DNA of 64,000 bases from Gemmatimonadota bacterium (GCA_965116475.1 OZ220691.1:2496001-2560000), one strand, 5' to 3'. Counted from the stretch's first letter, positions 39,466-49,994 are shown. Notes: a model not told the origin generated them from the sequence alone. Numbers and translations: made by a program.

Positions 39466-42400
39466 ATGTTGCACAAGTCGTCAGAACGGTGGAGGCGCCG
39501 GGGCGCGCTGGCCGCCATGGCAGTGAGCGCCTGGCTCTTTATCGGCGCGGCCCCGCTGCTCGCTCAGGGAGCGGTGTCGGGGACGGTGACCGATGCGGAG
39601 TCGCTGGCCCCGGTGGCCGGCGCGCAGGTGTTTGTTGCGGGAACGGTGATCGGTACGCTGTCGGGCCCGGAGGGCACGTACCGGTTGGAGGGCGTGCCGG
39701 CAGGCGAGCAGACCGTGACGGTCCGCCTGATCGGCTACCACGAGCTGTCACAGACCGTGACGGTGGCGGCCGGCCAGGTGGCCACGGCGAACTTCTCCGT
39801 GGAGCAGACGGCCCTTCGTCTCCAGGACATCGTCGTGACGGGGGTGGTGGGCGAAACGCCGCAGGTGAAGCTCCCGTTCACGGTAGAGCGGCTCTCGGCG
39901 CAGAACTTCCCCGTGCCGGCGGCCGACGTCTCCGCGTTGCTGACGGCGAAGGCGGCCGGTGTGTCGGTCGTTTCCGGCTCCGGCCAGCCGGGCGCTGAAG
40001 CATCCATCATGCTGCGGGGGCCGACTTCCATCAATTCAGCGGGCCGCTCGCTGTCGCCGCTGATCGTGATCGACGGCGTGATCCAGTCGGAGTCGGCGTC
40101 GCTCTCCGACATCGGATCGCTGGACATCGACCACGTGGAGATCGTGAAGGGCGCGGCGGCGGCGTCGCTGTACGGATCGCGGGCGCAGAACGGCGTGATC
40201 GAGATCTCGACGAAGCGCGGCACGGGCCTGCAGACGAACTCGCTGAACATCCTCGCCCGCGGCGAATACGGCATCGCCCAGTTGGTGGGGGACGTCGGCT
40301 TGACCCGGTCCCACCCGTACCAGATGAACGCGGCGGGAACGCTCTTCATCGACACCGACGGGAACGAGGTCGCGTTCACCGACCTGAGCCGCGGCGGATT
40401 CGGTGCTCCGGTCCTCGCGAACCAGATCAACCCCGACGAACCGGGCGATTCCTTCACCTCGTTCGCCAACCAGGCGTTCCCGCATGAGCTGTTCGATCAC
40501 ATGAACACGTTCTTCGATCCCGGTGAAACGTTCGATGCCTACGGCGCCGTAACGGGCCGCTTCGGGGAGTCGAGCTTCCGGGTGAGCGTGGACCAGTTCA
40601 GGGAGGGCGGCATCGTGCGTTGCACGCCGTGCATCGACAACCTCTCCACGTTGAACGCGGACCGGGTCGCCCAGGGCTTGACGGCCTTCGACGTGGGGCT
40701 GCCCGACGACGACGGATACGAGCGGCAGAACGTACGCCTGAACGTCGACACGCGGTTCGGGGACCTGGACATCGCGGCGAGCGGGTTCTACTCGCGCGCC
40801 AACCAGGACGACAAGGCGCTCGAGAACGGCGCGTTCAGCCAGCTGACGTTCGCCTCGCCCGCCGTCGACCTGGCGCAGATCGATCCGGTGGACGGATATC
40901 CGCTGATCGATGCGGACTCCCAGTCCATCTCCAACAATCCGCTCTACCTCCTGGCGATCGTCGACAGCCGGGACAAGCGGACGCGGACGATGGGGTCGGT
41001 CGACCTGAACTACTCGCCAACGGGTCTCGACTGGCTGACCCTCGAGGCGAACGCGTCCTTCGACCGGACGGACTTCTACGACTACGAACTCTACCCGAAG
41101 AACGAGAAGACCCGGGAAGGGCCGACCGGCGGCAGCCTGCGCGAAGGCAACTTCGAGGACGAGGCGATCAACGCCTCGGTGACGCTTGGCGCGAGCGAGA
41201 CGTTCATGGACGGCGATCTCACGGTGCGCGGCAAGGCCCGCTACCTGATCGAGGACCAGCGCTTCGAGTCGAACGGCGTGTTCGGCACCCAGTTCTCCGT
41301 GCAGGACGTGCCGAACTTCGGCGCCATCACCGGCTCCACGACGGGCAGCAACTCCGTCCGGGCGATCAAGGCGGAAGGACTCTTCGGGATCGCGAGCGTG
41401 GACTACCAGGGCCGCTACATCCTCGACGGTCTGATCCGGCGCGACGGTTCGTCCCTCTTCGGGCCGGACGAGCGGTGGCAGACCTACTACCGGGGCTCGT
41501 TCGCGTGGCGCATCACGCAGGAGGATTTCTGGAACATCGACGCGATCGATGAACTGAAGCTGCGCTTCTCGCTGGGTACGGCGGGTGGGCGGCCGAACTT
41601 CCAGGCGCAGTACGAGACGTTCGGCATCTCCGGCGGCGCGATCTTCCCCGTCAACCTCGGGAACACCGCGCTCAAGCCGGAGTTCACGACGGAGCGCGAA
41701 GCGGGGATCAACTTCGTGTTCTTCGACAACCTGGGTCTCGACCTGACGTACGCGTGGCAGACGACCGACGACCAGTTGCTGCGCGTCCCGCAGCCGGCGT
41801 TCGTGGGCTTCTCGAGCCAGTGGCAGAACGCGGGCGCGATCTCGGCGCAGACGTATGAGATCTCCATGCGCTACGCACCGATCGACACGCAGGACATGGG
41901 CCTGCAGTTCAGGCTCAACTGGGATCGGACGCGCCAGGAGATCACGCGACTCGATGTTCCCGCGTACCGCCAGGGCACGTTCTTCGTCTCGGAGGGTCGT
42001 CCGCTGGGCGAGATGTGGGGCCATGTGCTGGCGAGAACCTGCTCGGATCTCGAACCCGTCGGCATCTCGGCTTCGGACTGCAACGCGAACTTCCAGGTGA
42101 ACGACGACGGCATCCTCGTGTGGACGGGAGGCGCCGACTACACGGAAGGGTTCAGTAAGAGGCTCTGGGGGACGGACGGGACGGTGCCCACGACGGATGG
42201 TGGCGAAAACAAGTACCTGTGGGGCATTCCGATCAAGGTCGTGGACTACTCGCCGGCGTGCGTGGCGAAGAACCCGGGCAACTACATGGAGAAGTGCCAG
42301 CTGACCGACGTGCTTCCGTTCGGGAACACGACGCCGGACTTCAATGTGTCGTTCGGGTCCAACTTCCGTTACAAGAGCCTCGCCCTGAACGCCCTCGTGG

Positions 42401-42834
42401 AGTCGTCGATGGGTCACTCCATCTACAACAACACGGCGCAGTGGGCGCTCCGGGACGACCGGGGCGAGGACGTGGACCAGACGGGGAAACCCCTCGAGTT
42501 CAACAAGTCCATCGGGTACGTGGCGGGGGTCTATCTCTCGAACAACGACAACGACTGGTTCCGCGAAGACGGCGACTGGATCAAGGTTCGCGAATTGTCG
42601 ATCGGGTACACGCTGCCGGATGGCATGCGGCAGAGCCTCTTCGGCGAGATGTTCGACCGGGTTACCCTCAACGCGATCGGCCGCAACCTGCTGACGATCA
42701 CGGACTATCGCGGATACGATCCCGAAGTTGGCCGGAGCGGCGGCGAACTCACGAACGCGGGCCTGCAGAGGTACGACAGCTTCGGCTATCCGAACTTCCG
42801 CTCGTTCACCTTCTCGGCGGAACTGGTGTTCTGA
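39466..42834 (+). CDS. SusC/RagA-family TonB-dependent transporter, copy 2
   Basis: Paralogue of copy 1 with the same motifs. Confidence 0.95.
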   Translation: MLHKSSERWRRRGALAAMAVSAWLFIGAAPLLAQGAVSGTVTDAESLAPVAGAQVFVAGTVIGTLSGPEGTYRLEGVPAGEQTVTVRLIGYHELSQTVTVAAGQVATANFSVEQTALRLQDIVVTGVVGETPQVKLPFTVERLSAQNFPVPAADVSALLTAKAAGVSVVSGSGQPGAEASIMLRGPTSINSAGRSLSPLIVIDGVIQSESASLSDIGSLDIDHVEIVKGAAAASLYGSRAQNGVIEISTKRGTGLQTNSLNILARGEYGIAQLVGDVGLTRSHPYQMNAAGTLFIDTDGNEVAFTDLSRGGFGAPVLANQINPDEPGDSFTSFANQAFPHELFDHMNTFFDPGETFDAYGAVTGRFGESSFRVSVDQFREGGIVRCTPCIDNLSTLNADRVAQGLTAFDVGLPDDDGYERQNVRLNVDTRFGDLDIAASGFYSRANQDDKALENGAFSQLTFASPAVDLAQIDPVDGYPLIDADSQSISNNPLYLLAIVDSRDKRTRTMGSVDLNYSPTGLDWLTLEANASFDRTDFYDYELYPKNEKTREGPTGGSLREGNFEDEAINASVTLGASETFMDGDLTVRGKARYLIEDQRFESNGVFGTQFSVQDVPNFGAITGSTTGSNSVRAIKAEGLFGIASVDYQGRYILDGLIRRDGSSLFGPDERWQTYYRGSFAWRITQEDFWNIDAIDELKLRFSLGTAGGRPNFQAQYETFGISGGAIFPVNLGNTALKPEFTTEREAGINFVFFDNLGLDLTYAWQTTDDQLLRVPQPAFVGFSSQWQNAGAISAQTYEISMRYAPIDTQDMGLQFRLNWDRTRQEITRLDVPAYRQGTFFVSEGRPLGEMWGHVLARTCSDLEPVGISASDCNANFQVNDDGILVWTGGADYTEGFSKRLWGTDGTVPTTDGGENKYLWGIPIKVVDYSPACVAKNPGNYMEKCQLTDVLPFGNTTPDFNVSFGSNFRYKSLALNALVESSMGHSIYNNTAQWALRDDRGEDVDQTGKPLEFNKSIGYVAGVYLSNNDNDWFREDGDWIKVRELSIGYTLPDGMRQSLFGEMFDRVTLNAIGRNLLTITDYRGYDPEVGRSGGELTNAGLQRYDSFGYPNFRSFTFSAELVF

Positions 42835-42899
42835 TGCCCCTCCGGGAAACGGAGGCCGGACGGATATCCGCGGACATGGACTGAGTTTATGGAGGGGTC

Positions 42900-44627
42900 A
42901 TGAACAGGAAGTTGACACTGCCGGCCGTCACGCTGGCCCTCGGAATCGGTTTTTCGGGCTGCGACCTTCAGGTCGCCAACCCGAACGAGCCGGACCGGGC
43001 GCGCGCGCTGGCGAGCCCGGATGACGTCGAATCGCTCATCGCCAGTTCCTATCAGCAGGTCTGGGCGATGGGTCACTACTGGAACAACGCGAACTTTTCC
43101 TTCAACCACATGTCGAGCCGGCACACGGCGACGTGGGGCAACAACGGCCAGAACGACCTCGGCCGGGAGCCCCGGGAACCGATGCCGAACTCGACCTCCT
43201 ATCGCTGGTCGTACGTGTTCTCGGAGCACTGGAACGACGCCTATGGAGGGATCGCGGCGGCGTCCGACGGAATCCGGGCCATCGACGAGGGTCTGGAGAT
43301 CGGGCCGGGCGGCGAGCGGAACGCGCGGGCGCGCGCCTTCGCCCTCTCCAGCCAGGCGATGCTGAGTTGCCTGCTCGCGTTGTGGTACGACCAGGCCTTC
43401 ATCGTCGACGAGACGACCGATCTCACGGGCGAACTCGAGACGGTCGACTACAACAGCATGTTCAGCTACGCGATGGGCAAGCTGAACGAGGCGGAGTCCG
43501 CCGTGCGGGCGACTTCGTTCTCGCTCCCGGACACCTGGATCAACGGGAACGCCTGGGACAACAACCAGTTCGCCGATTATCTGGTCGGCTGGAAGGCGCG
43601 CTGCGCGGCGAACCTGCCCAGAACGGATGCGGAGGCGGCGGGGGTCAACTGGAGCCAGGTCATCTCCGACGCCCGGGCCGGCATCCAGGATGTCGTCGTG
43701 GTGGGCGAAGACCGCTCGTCCGACACGGCCTGGTATGACGACCTGAAGGCCAAGGCCCAGCAGAACGGAACTTGGCACCGGATGCACATGGACTGGGCGG
43801 GCATGGCGGACCAGAGCGGGCAGTACCAGGACTGGCTCACCTTCGAGACCTCGAAGCGGACGGCGCGCAAGATGGACTTCGGGGATGACCGGCGTTACCC
43901 CGCGGCGAACGAAGACGGGACGCTGGGCGAGAGCGTGAGTCCCACGGCCGCTTCGATGGGTCCGATCCACCGCTACAACGCGAACATCATCTTCATCGCC
44001 TCGCGCGGGACGTACCGGCAGTCGCACTACGGAGATGCGCGGTACGACCACTACACCCTGAGCTGCAACTTCTGCGAGTCCGGGGACATGGAGGAGATGA
44101 CGAGCCAGGAGATGGACCACTACGTCGCGGAAGGCCTGTACCGGATGGGCGACTTCGCGGGGGCGGCGGACATCATCAACGTGACGCGGATGCAGGCCGG
44201 GCTGCCGCCGGCGCCGTCGAATCCGACGGATGCGGTGCCCTCCAACGCGAACGGCGAGTGCACGCCGCGCAAGCGGTACGACGTGCAGGGGCGTTGCGGC
44301 AATCTGCGGGACGCGATGTGGTTCGAGCACTTCGAGAACGTGTTCAACGTGTTCGGCGGGCTCGAGCACTGGCACGGGCGACGCAACGACATCCTGCCGG
44401 CGGGCACGGCGCTGCACCTGCCGATGCCGGCCGCGGATCTGGAGGTGTTGCAGCGGGACATCTACACCTTCGGCGGGAGCGCGGGTGGTGCGGCCGGTAA
44501 TCCGACGCCCCCTTCGATCGTTCCCGGCAGCCTCGACTCGGCGCTGGAGAGGGCGGCTTTCACGCTGCATCGGCTCCAGCGGCAGCAGAAAGCCGCACGG
44601 GCCAGCGAGGAGCTGATCGTGCGCTGA
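42900..44627 (+). CDS. SusD/RagB-like lipoprotein, copy 2
   Basis: Lipobox IGFSGC; paralogue of copy 1. Confidence 0.85.
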   Translation: MNRKLTLPAVTLALGIGFSGCDLQVANPNEPDRARALASPDDVESLIASSYQQVWAMGHYWNNANFSFNHMSSRHTATWGNNGQNDLGREPREPMPNSTSYRWSYVFSEHWNDAYGGIAAASDGIRAIDEGLEIGPGGERNARARAFALSSQAMLSCLLALWYDQAFIVDETTDLTGELETVDYNSMFSYAMGKLNEAESAVRATSFSLPDTWINGNAWDNNQFADYLVGWKARCAANLPRTDAEAAGVNWSQVISDARAGIQDVVVVGEDRSSDTAWYDDLKAKAQQNGTWHRMHMDWAGMADQSGQYQDWLTFETSKRTARKMDFGDDRRYPAANEDGTLGESVSPTAASMGPIHRYNANIIFIASRGTYRQSHYGDARYDHYTLSCNFCESGDMEEMTSQEMDHYVAEGLYRMGDFAGAADIINVTRMQAGLPPAPSNPTDAVPSNANGECTPRKRYDVQGRCGNLRDAMWFEHFENVFNVFGGLEHWHGRRNDILPAGTALHLPMPAADLEVLQRDIYTFGGSAGGAAGNPTPPSIVPGSLDSALERAAFTLHRLQRQQKAARASEELIVR

Positions 44628-44734
44628 TATGAAACGACCGGGGGGCGGCAGCGGGCGCCTCCCGGTCTGATTTCGGATAAAGGACGGTTCGTATACGAAG
44701 CACAACGGATCTGGCTGCTACAGGAGGGTGATCC

Positions 44735-47700
44735 ATGTTGCACAAGTTGTCAGGACGGCGGAGGCGCGCGAGCGCGCTGGCCGCCACGGCAGTGAGCGCC
44801 TGGCTCTTTATCGGCGCGGCCCCGCTGCTCGCTCAGGGAGCGGTCTCGGGGACAGTGACCGATGCGGAGTCGCTGGCCCCGGTGGCCGGCGCGCAGGTGT
44901 TCGTTGCGGGAACGGTGATCGGTACGCTGTCGGGTCCCGAGGGCACGTACCGGCTGGAGGGGGTGCCGGCGGGCGAGCAGACCGTGACGGTCCGCCTGAT
45001 CGGCTACCACGAGTTGTCGCAGACGGTGACGGTGGCGTCGGGCCAGGTGGCGACGGCGGACTTCGCCGTGGAGCAGACGGCCTTGCGTCTTCAGGACATC
45101 GTCGTGACGGGAGTGGTGGGCGAGACGCCACAGGTGAAGCTCCCGTTCACGGTGGAGCGGCTGTCGGCGCAGGACCTGCCGGTCCCGGCGGCGGACGCCT
45201 CCTCGCTGCTGGCGGGGAAAGCGGCCGGTGTCTCGGTCATCTCCGCCTCGGGTCAACCCGGCCAGCCGGCCTCGATCATGCTGCGCGGTCCGACCTCGAT
45301 CAACGCGGCCGGCCGGAGCACGTCGCCGCTCATCGTGATCGACGGCGTGATCCAGTCCGAAGGCGCGTCGCTCTCGGACGTAGGCGCGCTGGACATCGAC
45401 CACGTGGAGATCGTGAAGGGCGCGGCGGCGGCGTCGCTGTACGGTTCGCGGGCGCAGAACGGCGTGATCGAGATCACGACGAAGCGCGGCACGGGCCTGC
45501 AGACGAACTCGCTGAACGTCCTCACGCGCGGCGAGTACGGCCTCGGCCAGCTCGTCGGTGACATCGGTCTCGTGCGGTCCCATCCGTACACGATGAACGC
45601 GTCGGGAACGAAGTTCATCGACTCGCAGGGCAGCGAGGTCGACTTCCGCGACCTCAACCGACAGGGCTTCGGCTCAGCGCTGCTCTACAACCAGATCGAC
45701 ATCGGCGAGCCGGGAACCACGCAGACGGCGTTCGCGAACCAGGCCTTCCCGGGCGAACTGTTCGACCACATGGACACGTTCTTCGATCCCGGCGAGACGA
45801 TGGACATCTACGGTGCGGTCACCGGCCGGTTCGGCGAATCGAGCTTCCGGGTGAGCGTGGACCAGTTCCGCGAGGCCGGGGTCGTGAGTTGCTCGCAGTG
45901 CATCGACAACCTCGCCACGCTGAACGCAGACCGCGTGGCGCAGGGCCTGTCGGCCTTCGACGTCGGCGTTCCCGACGACGAAGGGTTCGAACGCCAGAAC
46001 GTCCGCCTGAACGTCGACACGCGCTTCGGCGACCTCGACATCGCGGCGAGCGGTTTCTATTCCCGCTCCGACCAGGATGACAAGGCGGTCACGACGGGCG
46101 CCTTCTCGCGGCTGACCTTCATGTCGCCGGCGATCGAGTTGACCGGCGTTTCGGCGTTCGACGGCTATCCCGACATCGACGCGGATCCGCAGTCGATCGA
46201 AGCGAATCCGCTCTATCTGCTCGCGGTGAACAACAGCCGGGACAAGCGGACGCGGTCCATGGGGTCCGTGGACCTCAACTTCTCGCCGGCGGCCGTCGAC
46301 TGGCTGACGCTCGAGGCGAACGCCTCGTTCGACCGGACGGACTTCCGGGACTACACGATCCGGCCCAAGAACGAGCGGACATCGAGCGCCAGCGGCACGG
46401 GAGAACTCACCGGCGGCAGCCTGCGCGAGTTCAACTTCACCGATGAGGCGATCAACGCTTCCGTGACGCTCGGCGCGAGCCAGACGTTCATGGACGGCGA
46501 CGTCACGGTGCGGGGGAAGGCCCGCTACCTGATCGAGGACCAGCGCTTCAAGTCGAATGGCGTATTCGGCAGCCGGTTCTCGGTGCAGGACGTGCCGAAC
46601 TTCGGCGCCATCATCGGTGAGACAAGCGGAAACAACCAGGCCCGCTCGATCAAGGCGGAGGGTCTGTTCGGGATCGCGAGCGTCGACTACCAGGGCAAGT
46701 ACATCCTGGACGGCCTGATTCGGCGCGACGGATCCTCGCTGTTCGGGCCCGATGAGCGGTGGCAGACCTACTACCGCGGCTCGGTCGCGTGGCGCGTGGC
46801 GCAGGAGGACTTCTGGAACATCGACGCGATCGATGAACTGAAACTGCGCTTCTCGCTCGGTACGGCCGGCGGCCGGCCGAACTTCTACGCCCAGTACGAG
46901 ACGTTCGGCGTCGCGCAGGGCGCGATCTTCCCGATCAACCTCGGGAACCGCGCGCTGAAGCCGGAGTTCACGACGGAGCGCGAAGCGGGGATCAACCTGG
47001 TGTTCTTCGCGAACCTCGGCCTCGATCTGACGTACGCCTGGCAGACGACGGACGACCAGTTGCTGCAGGTTCCCCAGGCGGCGTTCGTCGGCTTCTCGAA
47101 CCAGTGGCAGAACGCGGGCGAGATATCGGCACAGACGTACGAGGTCTCGCTGCGCTATGCCGCGATCGATACGCAGGACATGGGCCTGCAGTTCCGGCTG
47201 AACTGGGACAAGACCCGGCAGGAGATCACGCGCCTGGACGTTCCCGATTACACAGTGTCGACGTACTACGTCTCCGAAGGGCGTCCGCTGGGCGAGATGT
47301 GGGGCGAAGTCCTGGCCACAAGCTGTGCGGACCTGGCGCCGGTCGGCGTGTCGGCTTCCGACTGCAACGCCAACTTCCAGGTCAACGACGACGGCCTGCT
47401 CGTGTACACGGGCGGTGCCGCCTACACGGAAGGGTTCAGCAAGAAGCTGTGGGGCACGACGGGCCAGGTGGCCACGGACGACGGTGGAACGCGCAACTAC
47501 CACTGGGGGCACCCCTTCTACGTTGAAGACTACTCGCCGGCGTGCATCGCCAAGAATCCGGGCGACTACGAGGAGAAGTGCCGGCTGACGGACTTCCTCC
47601 CCTTCGGGAACACCACGCCGGACTTCAGTGCCTCGTTCGCCACGAACTTCCGCTACCGGAACCTCAGCCTGAACGCGCTGCTCGAGTCGTCGGTGGGTCA

Positions 47701-48118
47701 CTCGATCTACAACAACACGGCGCAGTGGGCGCTGCGCGAGTTGCGCGGCGAGGACGTGGACCAGACGGGCAAGCCGCTCGAGCTGAACAAGCCGACGGGC
47801 TACGCCTCGGTCATCTACAACGTCGGGTCGGACAACTCCTGGTTCCGCGAGGACGGCACGTGGCTCAAGGTCCGCGAACTGTCCCTCGGTTACACGCTGC
47901 CGGAGTCCTTCGCCTCGGCGGTGTTCGGTAACGTGTTCGAGCGGGTCACGCTGAGCGCCATCGGGCGCAACCTGTTCACGTTCACCGAGTACCGCGGCTA
48001 CGATCCCGAAGTCGGCCGGGATGGCGGGGAGGTCGGGAGCGCGACCTTGAACCGCTACGACAGCTTCGGTTATCCGAACTTCCGGACGTTCACTTTCTCG
48101 GCGGAACTCGTCTTCTGA
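44735..48118 (+). CDS. SusC/RagA-family TonB-dependent transporter, copy 3
   Basis: Paralogue of copies 1 and 2. Confidence 0.95.
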   Translation: MLHKLSGRRRRASALAATAVSAWLFIGAAPLLAQGAVSGTVTDAESLAPVAGAQVFVAGTVIGTLSGPEGTYRLEGVPAGEQTVTVRLIGYHELSQTVTVASGQVATADFAVEQTALRLQDIVVTGVVGETPQVKLPFTVERLSAQDLPVPAADASSLLAGKAAGVSVISASGQPGQPASIMLRGPTSINAAGRSTSPLIVIDGVIQSEGASLSDVGALDIDHVEIVKGAAAASLYGSRAQNGVIEITTKRGTGLQTNSLNVLTRGEYGLGQLVGDIGLVRSHPYTMNASGTKFIDSQGSEVDFRDLNRQGFGSALLYNQIDIGEPGTTQTAFANQAFPGELFDHMDTFFDPGETMDIYGAVTGRFGESSFRVSVDQFREAGVVSCSQCIDNLATLNADRVAQGLSAFDVGVPDDEGFERQNVRLNVDTRFGDLDIAASGFYSRSDQDDKAVTTGAFSRLTFMSPAIELTGVSAFDGYPDIDADPQSIEANPLYLLAVNNSRDKRTRSMGSVDLNFSPAAVDWLTLEANASFDRTDFRDYTIRPKNERTSSASGTGELTGGSLREFNFTDEAINASVTLGASQTFMDGDVTVRGKARYLIEDQRFKSNGVFGSRFSVQDVPNFGAIIGETSGNNQARSIKAEGLFGIASVDYQGKYILDGLIRRDGSSLFGPDERWQTYYRGSVAWRVAQEDFWNIDAIDELKLRFSLGTAGGRPNFYAQYETFGVAQGAIFPINLGNRALKPEFTTEREAGINLVFFANLGLDLTYAWQTTDDQLLQVPQAAFVGFSNQWQNAGEISAQTYEVSLRYAAIDTQDMGLQFRLNWDKTRQEITRLDVPDYTVSTYYVSEGRPLGEMWGEVLATSCADLAPVGVSASDCNANFQVNDDGLLVYTGGAAYTEGFSKKLWGTTGQVATDDGGTRNYHWGHPFYVEDYSPACIAKNPGDYEEKCRLTDFLPFGNTTPDFSASFATNFRYRNLSLNALLESSVGHSIYNNTAQWALRELRGEDVDQTGKPLELNKPTGYASVIYNVGSDNSWFREDGTWLKVRELSLGYTLPESFASAVFGNVFERVTLSAIGRNLFTFTEYRGYDPEVGRDGGEVGSATLNRYDSFGYPNFRTFTFSAELVF

Positions 48119-48172
48119 TGCCCCTCCGGGAACGGGGGTCGGATGGACATGGATTTGAGTAATGGAGGGGTC

Positions 48173-49906
48173 ATGAAAAGGAAGCTGACGCTGCCTGCCA
48201 TCGCGCTGGCGCTGACGGTCGGCTTTACGGGTTGCGATCTGCAGGTCGACAACCCGAACGAGCCGGACAGAGCGCGTGCGCTGGCGGGCCCGGACGATGT
48301 GGAGACGCTCATCGCGAGCTCCTACCTCAAGGTCTGGGAAATCGGGCACTACTGGAACAACGCGAACTTCGCCTTCAACCACATGTCGAGTCGTCACACG
48401 GCGACCTGGGGCAACATGGGGATGAACGACCTCGGTCGTGAACCCCGCGAACCGCTGCCGAACTCGGCCTCGTACAGTCCCTCGTACATCTTCGAGGCGA
48501 ACTGGGGTGATGCCTACGGTGGCATCTCGGCGGCCTCGGATGGGATACGGGCCATCGATGAGGGTCTGGAAATCGGCCCCGGCGGCGAGCGCAACGTACG
48601 CGCTCGCACGTTCGCGATGGCCAGTCAGGCCATCCTGAACTGCCTGCTCGCGCTGTGGTACGATCAGGCCTTCATCGTCGACGAAACCGTGGATCTCACC
48701 GGTGAGCTGGAGACCGTCGACTACAACGCCGTGTACCAGTACGCCATGAACAGGCTGGATGAGGCCGAGGCGGCGGCGCGATCGTCCTCGTTCACGCTCC
48801 CCGAGACGTGGATCAACGGGAACCCCTGGGACAACAACCAGTTCGCGGACTATCTCGTGAGCTGGAAGGCGCGCTGCGCGGCGAACCTGCCGCGAACGGA
48901 TGCGGAAGCCGCGGGCGTGAACTGGAGCAAGGTCATCTCGGACGCCGAGAACGGCATACGCGAACTCGTCGCCATCGGCGAGGACCGTTCTTCCGGAACT
49001 CCATGGTGGAGCGGCATCAAGATCTTCATGCAGGAAAACCGGACCTGGCACCGCATGCACATGGACTGGGTCGGCATGGCGGACCAGAGTGGCCAGTACC
49101 AGGACTGGCTCACGTTCCCCACGGAACAGCGGACGGCGCGCGAGATGACGTTCGGCGACGACAAGCGGTTCCCGGCCGTGAACGAGCACGGCACGCTCGG
49201 TGAACCCGTGAGCCCATCGGCCGCCTCGTACGGTCCGCGCCACAGGTACAACGCCACGATCATCTTCCGGCCGGAGCGCGGGACGTACCGGCAGTCGCAC
49301 TACGGCGACTCGCGGTACGACGACTACACGCTGAGTTGCAGCCGGTGCGAGTTCGGCGCGATGGAGTCCATGACGCACCAGGAGATGGACGCGTACGTCG
49401 CGGAAGCGCACTACCGCATGGGCAATTTCGGGGCCGCCGCGGACATCGTGAACAAGACGCGCATGGAGGCGGGCCTGCCGCCCGCGCCGTCGAACCCGAC
49501 GGATGCGGTGCCGTCGAACGCGGATGGGGAGTGCACGCCGCGGAAGCGGTACGACGTGCAGGGACGCTGCGGCAACCTGCGCGATGCCATGTGGTTCGAG
49601 CACTTCGAGAACGTGTTCAACGTGTTCGGCGGACTCGAGTTCTGGCATGGTCGGCGCAATAACATCCTGCCGGCGGGGAGTGCGCTGCAGTTGCCGATCC
49701 CGGCCGCGGATCTCGAGGTCCTGCAGCGGGACATCTACACGTTCGGTGGGGGAGAGCCGAGTTCGGCCGGGAACCCGATTCCACCGGCCATCGTGCCGAG
49801 CAGTCTCGACGCTGCCCTGCAGCGTGCGGCGTACTCGCTGGAACGCATCCAGAGGAGCCTCGCCGCCGAGACGCGGGCGGCCAACGCCGATCTCGTGGTG
49901 CGTTAG
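48173..49906 (+). CDS. SusD/RagB-like lipoprotein, copy 3
   Basis: MKRKLTLP...VGFTGC lipobox; GGAGGGG RBS before ATG 48173. Confidence 0.85.
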   Translation: MKRKLTLPAIALALTVGFTGCDLQVDNPNEPDRARALAGPDDVETLIASSYLKVWEIGHYWNNANFAFNHMSSRHTATWGNMGMNDLGREPREPLPNSASYSPSYIFEANWGDAYGGISAASDGIRAIDEGLEIGPGGERNVRARTFAMASQAILNCLLALWYDQAFIVDETVDLTGELETVDYNAVYQYAMNRLDEAEAAARSSSFTLPETWINGNPWDNNQFADYLVSWKARCAANLPRTDAEAAGVNWSKVISDAENGIRELVAIGEDRSSGTPWWSGIKIFMQENRTWHRMHMDWVGMADQSGQYQDWLTFPTEQRTAREMTFGDDKRFPAVNEHGTLGEPVSPSAASYGPRHRYNATIIFRPERGTYRQSHYGDSRYDDYTLSCSRCEFGAMESMTHQEMDAYVAEAHYRMGNFGAAADIVNKTRMEAGLPPAPSNPTDAVPSNADGECTPRKRYDVQGRCGNLRDAMWFEHFENVFNVFGGLEFWHGRRNNILPAGSALQLPIPAADLEVLQRDIYTFGGGEPSSAGNPIPPAIVPSSLDAALQRAAYSLERIQRSLAAETRAANADLVVR

Positions 49907-49959
49907 CGGTCCGGCGGAGCGTCCCGTCCCGGGTGCCTGCGGGCCAACTCGGGTTTGCG

Positions 49960-49994
49960 GAAGAGGCCACCGGGTTTGTCCCGGTGGCCTCTTC
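49960..49994 (+). terminator. Hairpin terminator after susD3
   Basis: GAAGAGGCCACCGGG-TTTGT-CCCGGTGGCCTCTTC, a 15-bp perfect stem. Confidence 0.75.

Larger units (their letters stand above)
33981..49906 (+). repeat. Tandem triplication of a ~5.3-kb susC-susD unit
   Basis: Units start at 33981, 39466 and 44735. Segment 34035-34204 is identical to 39520-39689 (170 bp). Confidence 0.95.

Noticed and set aside
44688..44700. Resemblance of TTCGTATACGAAG to the inner arms of loxP
   Set aside because: There is no 8-bp spacer, the outer arm bases do not match, and no recombinase is nearby; probably coincidental.
45674..49648. 1324-aa minus-strand ORF and similar long antisense ORFs over the susC/susD, atp and PBP genes
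   Set aside because: Shadow frames of GC3-rich genes with Arg/Val/Ala-rich, motif-less translations.
33981..49906. Shufflon/invertible locus or diversity-generating retroelement
   Set aside because: All copies are direct and full length. No recombinase or reverse transcriptase is in the window, and the differences are not adenine-specific.
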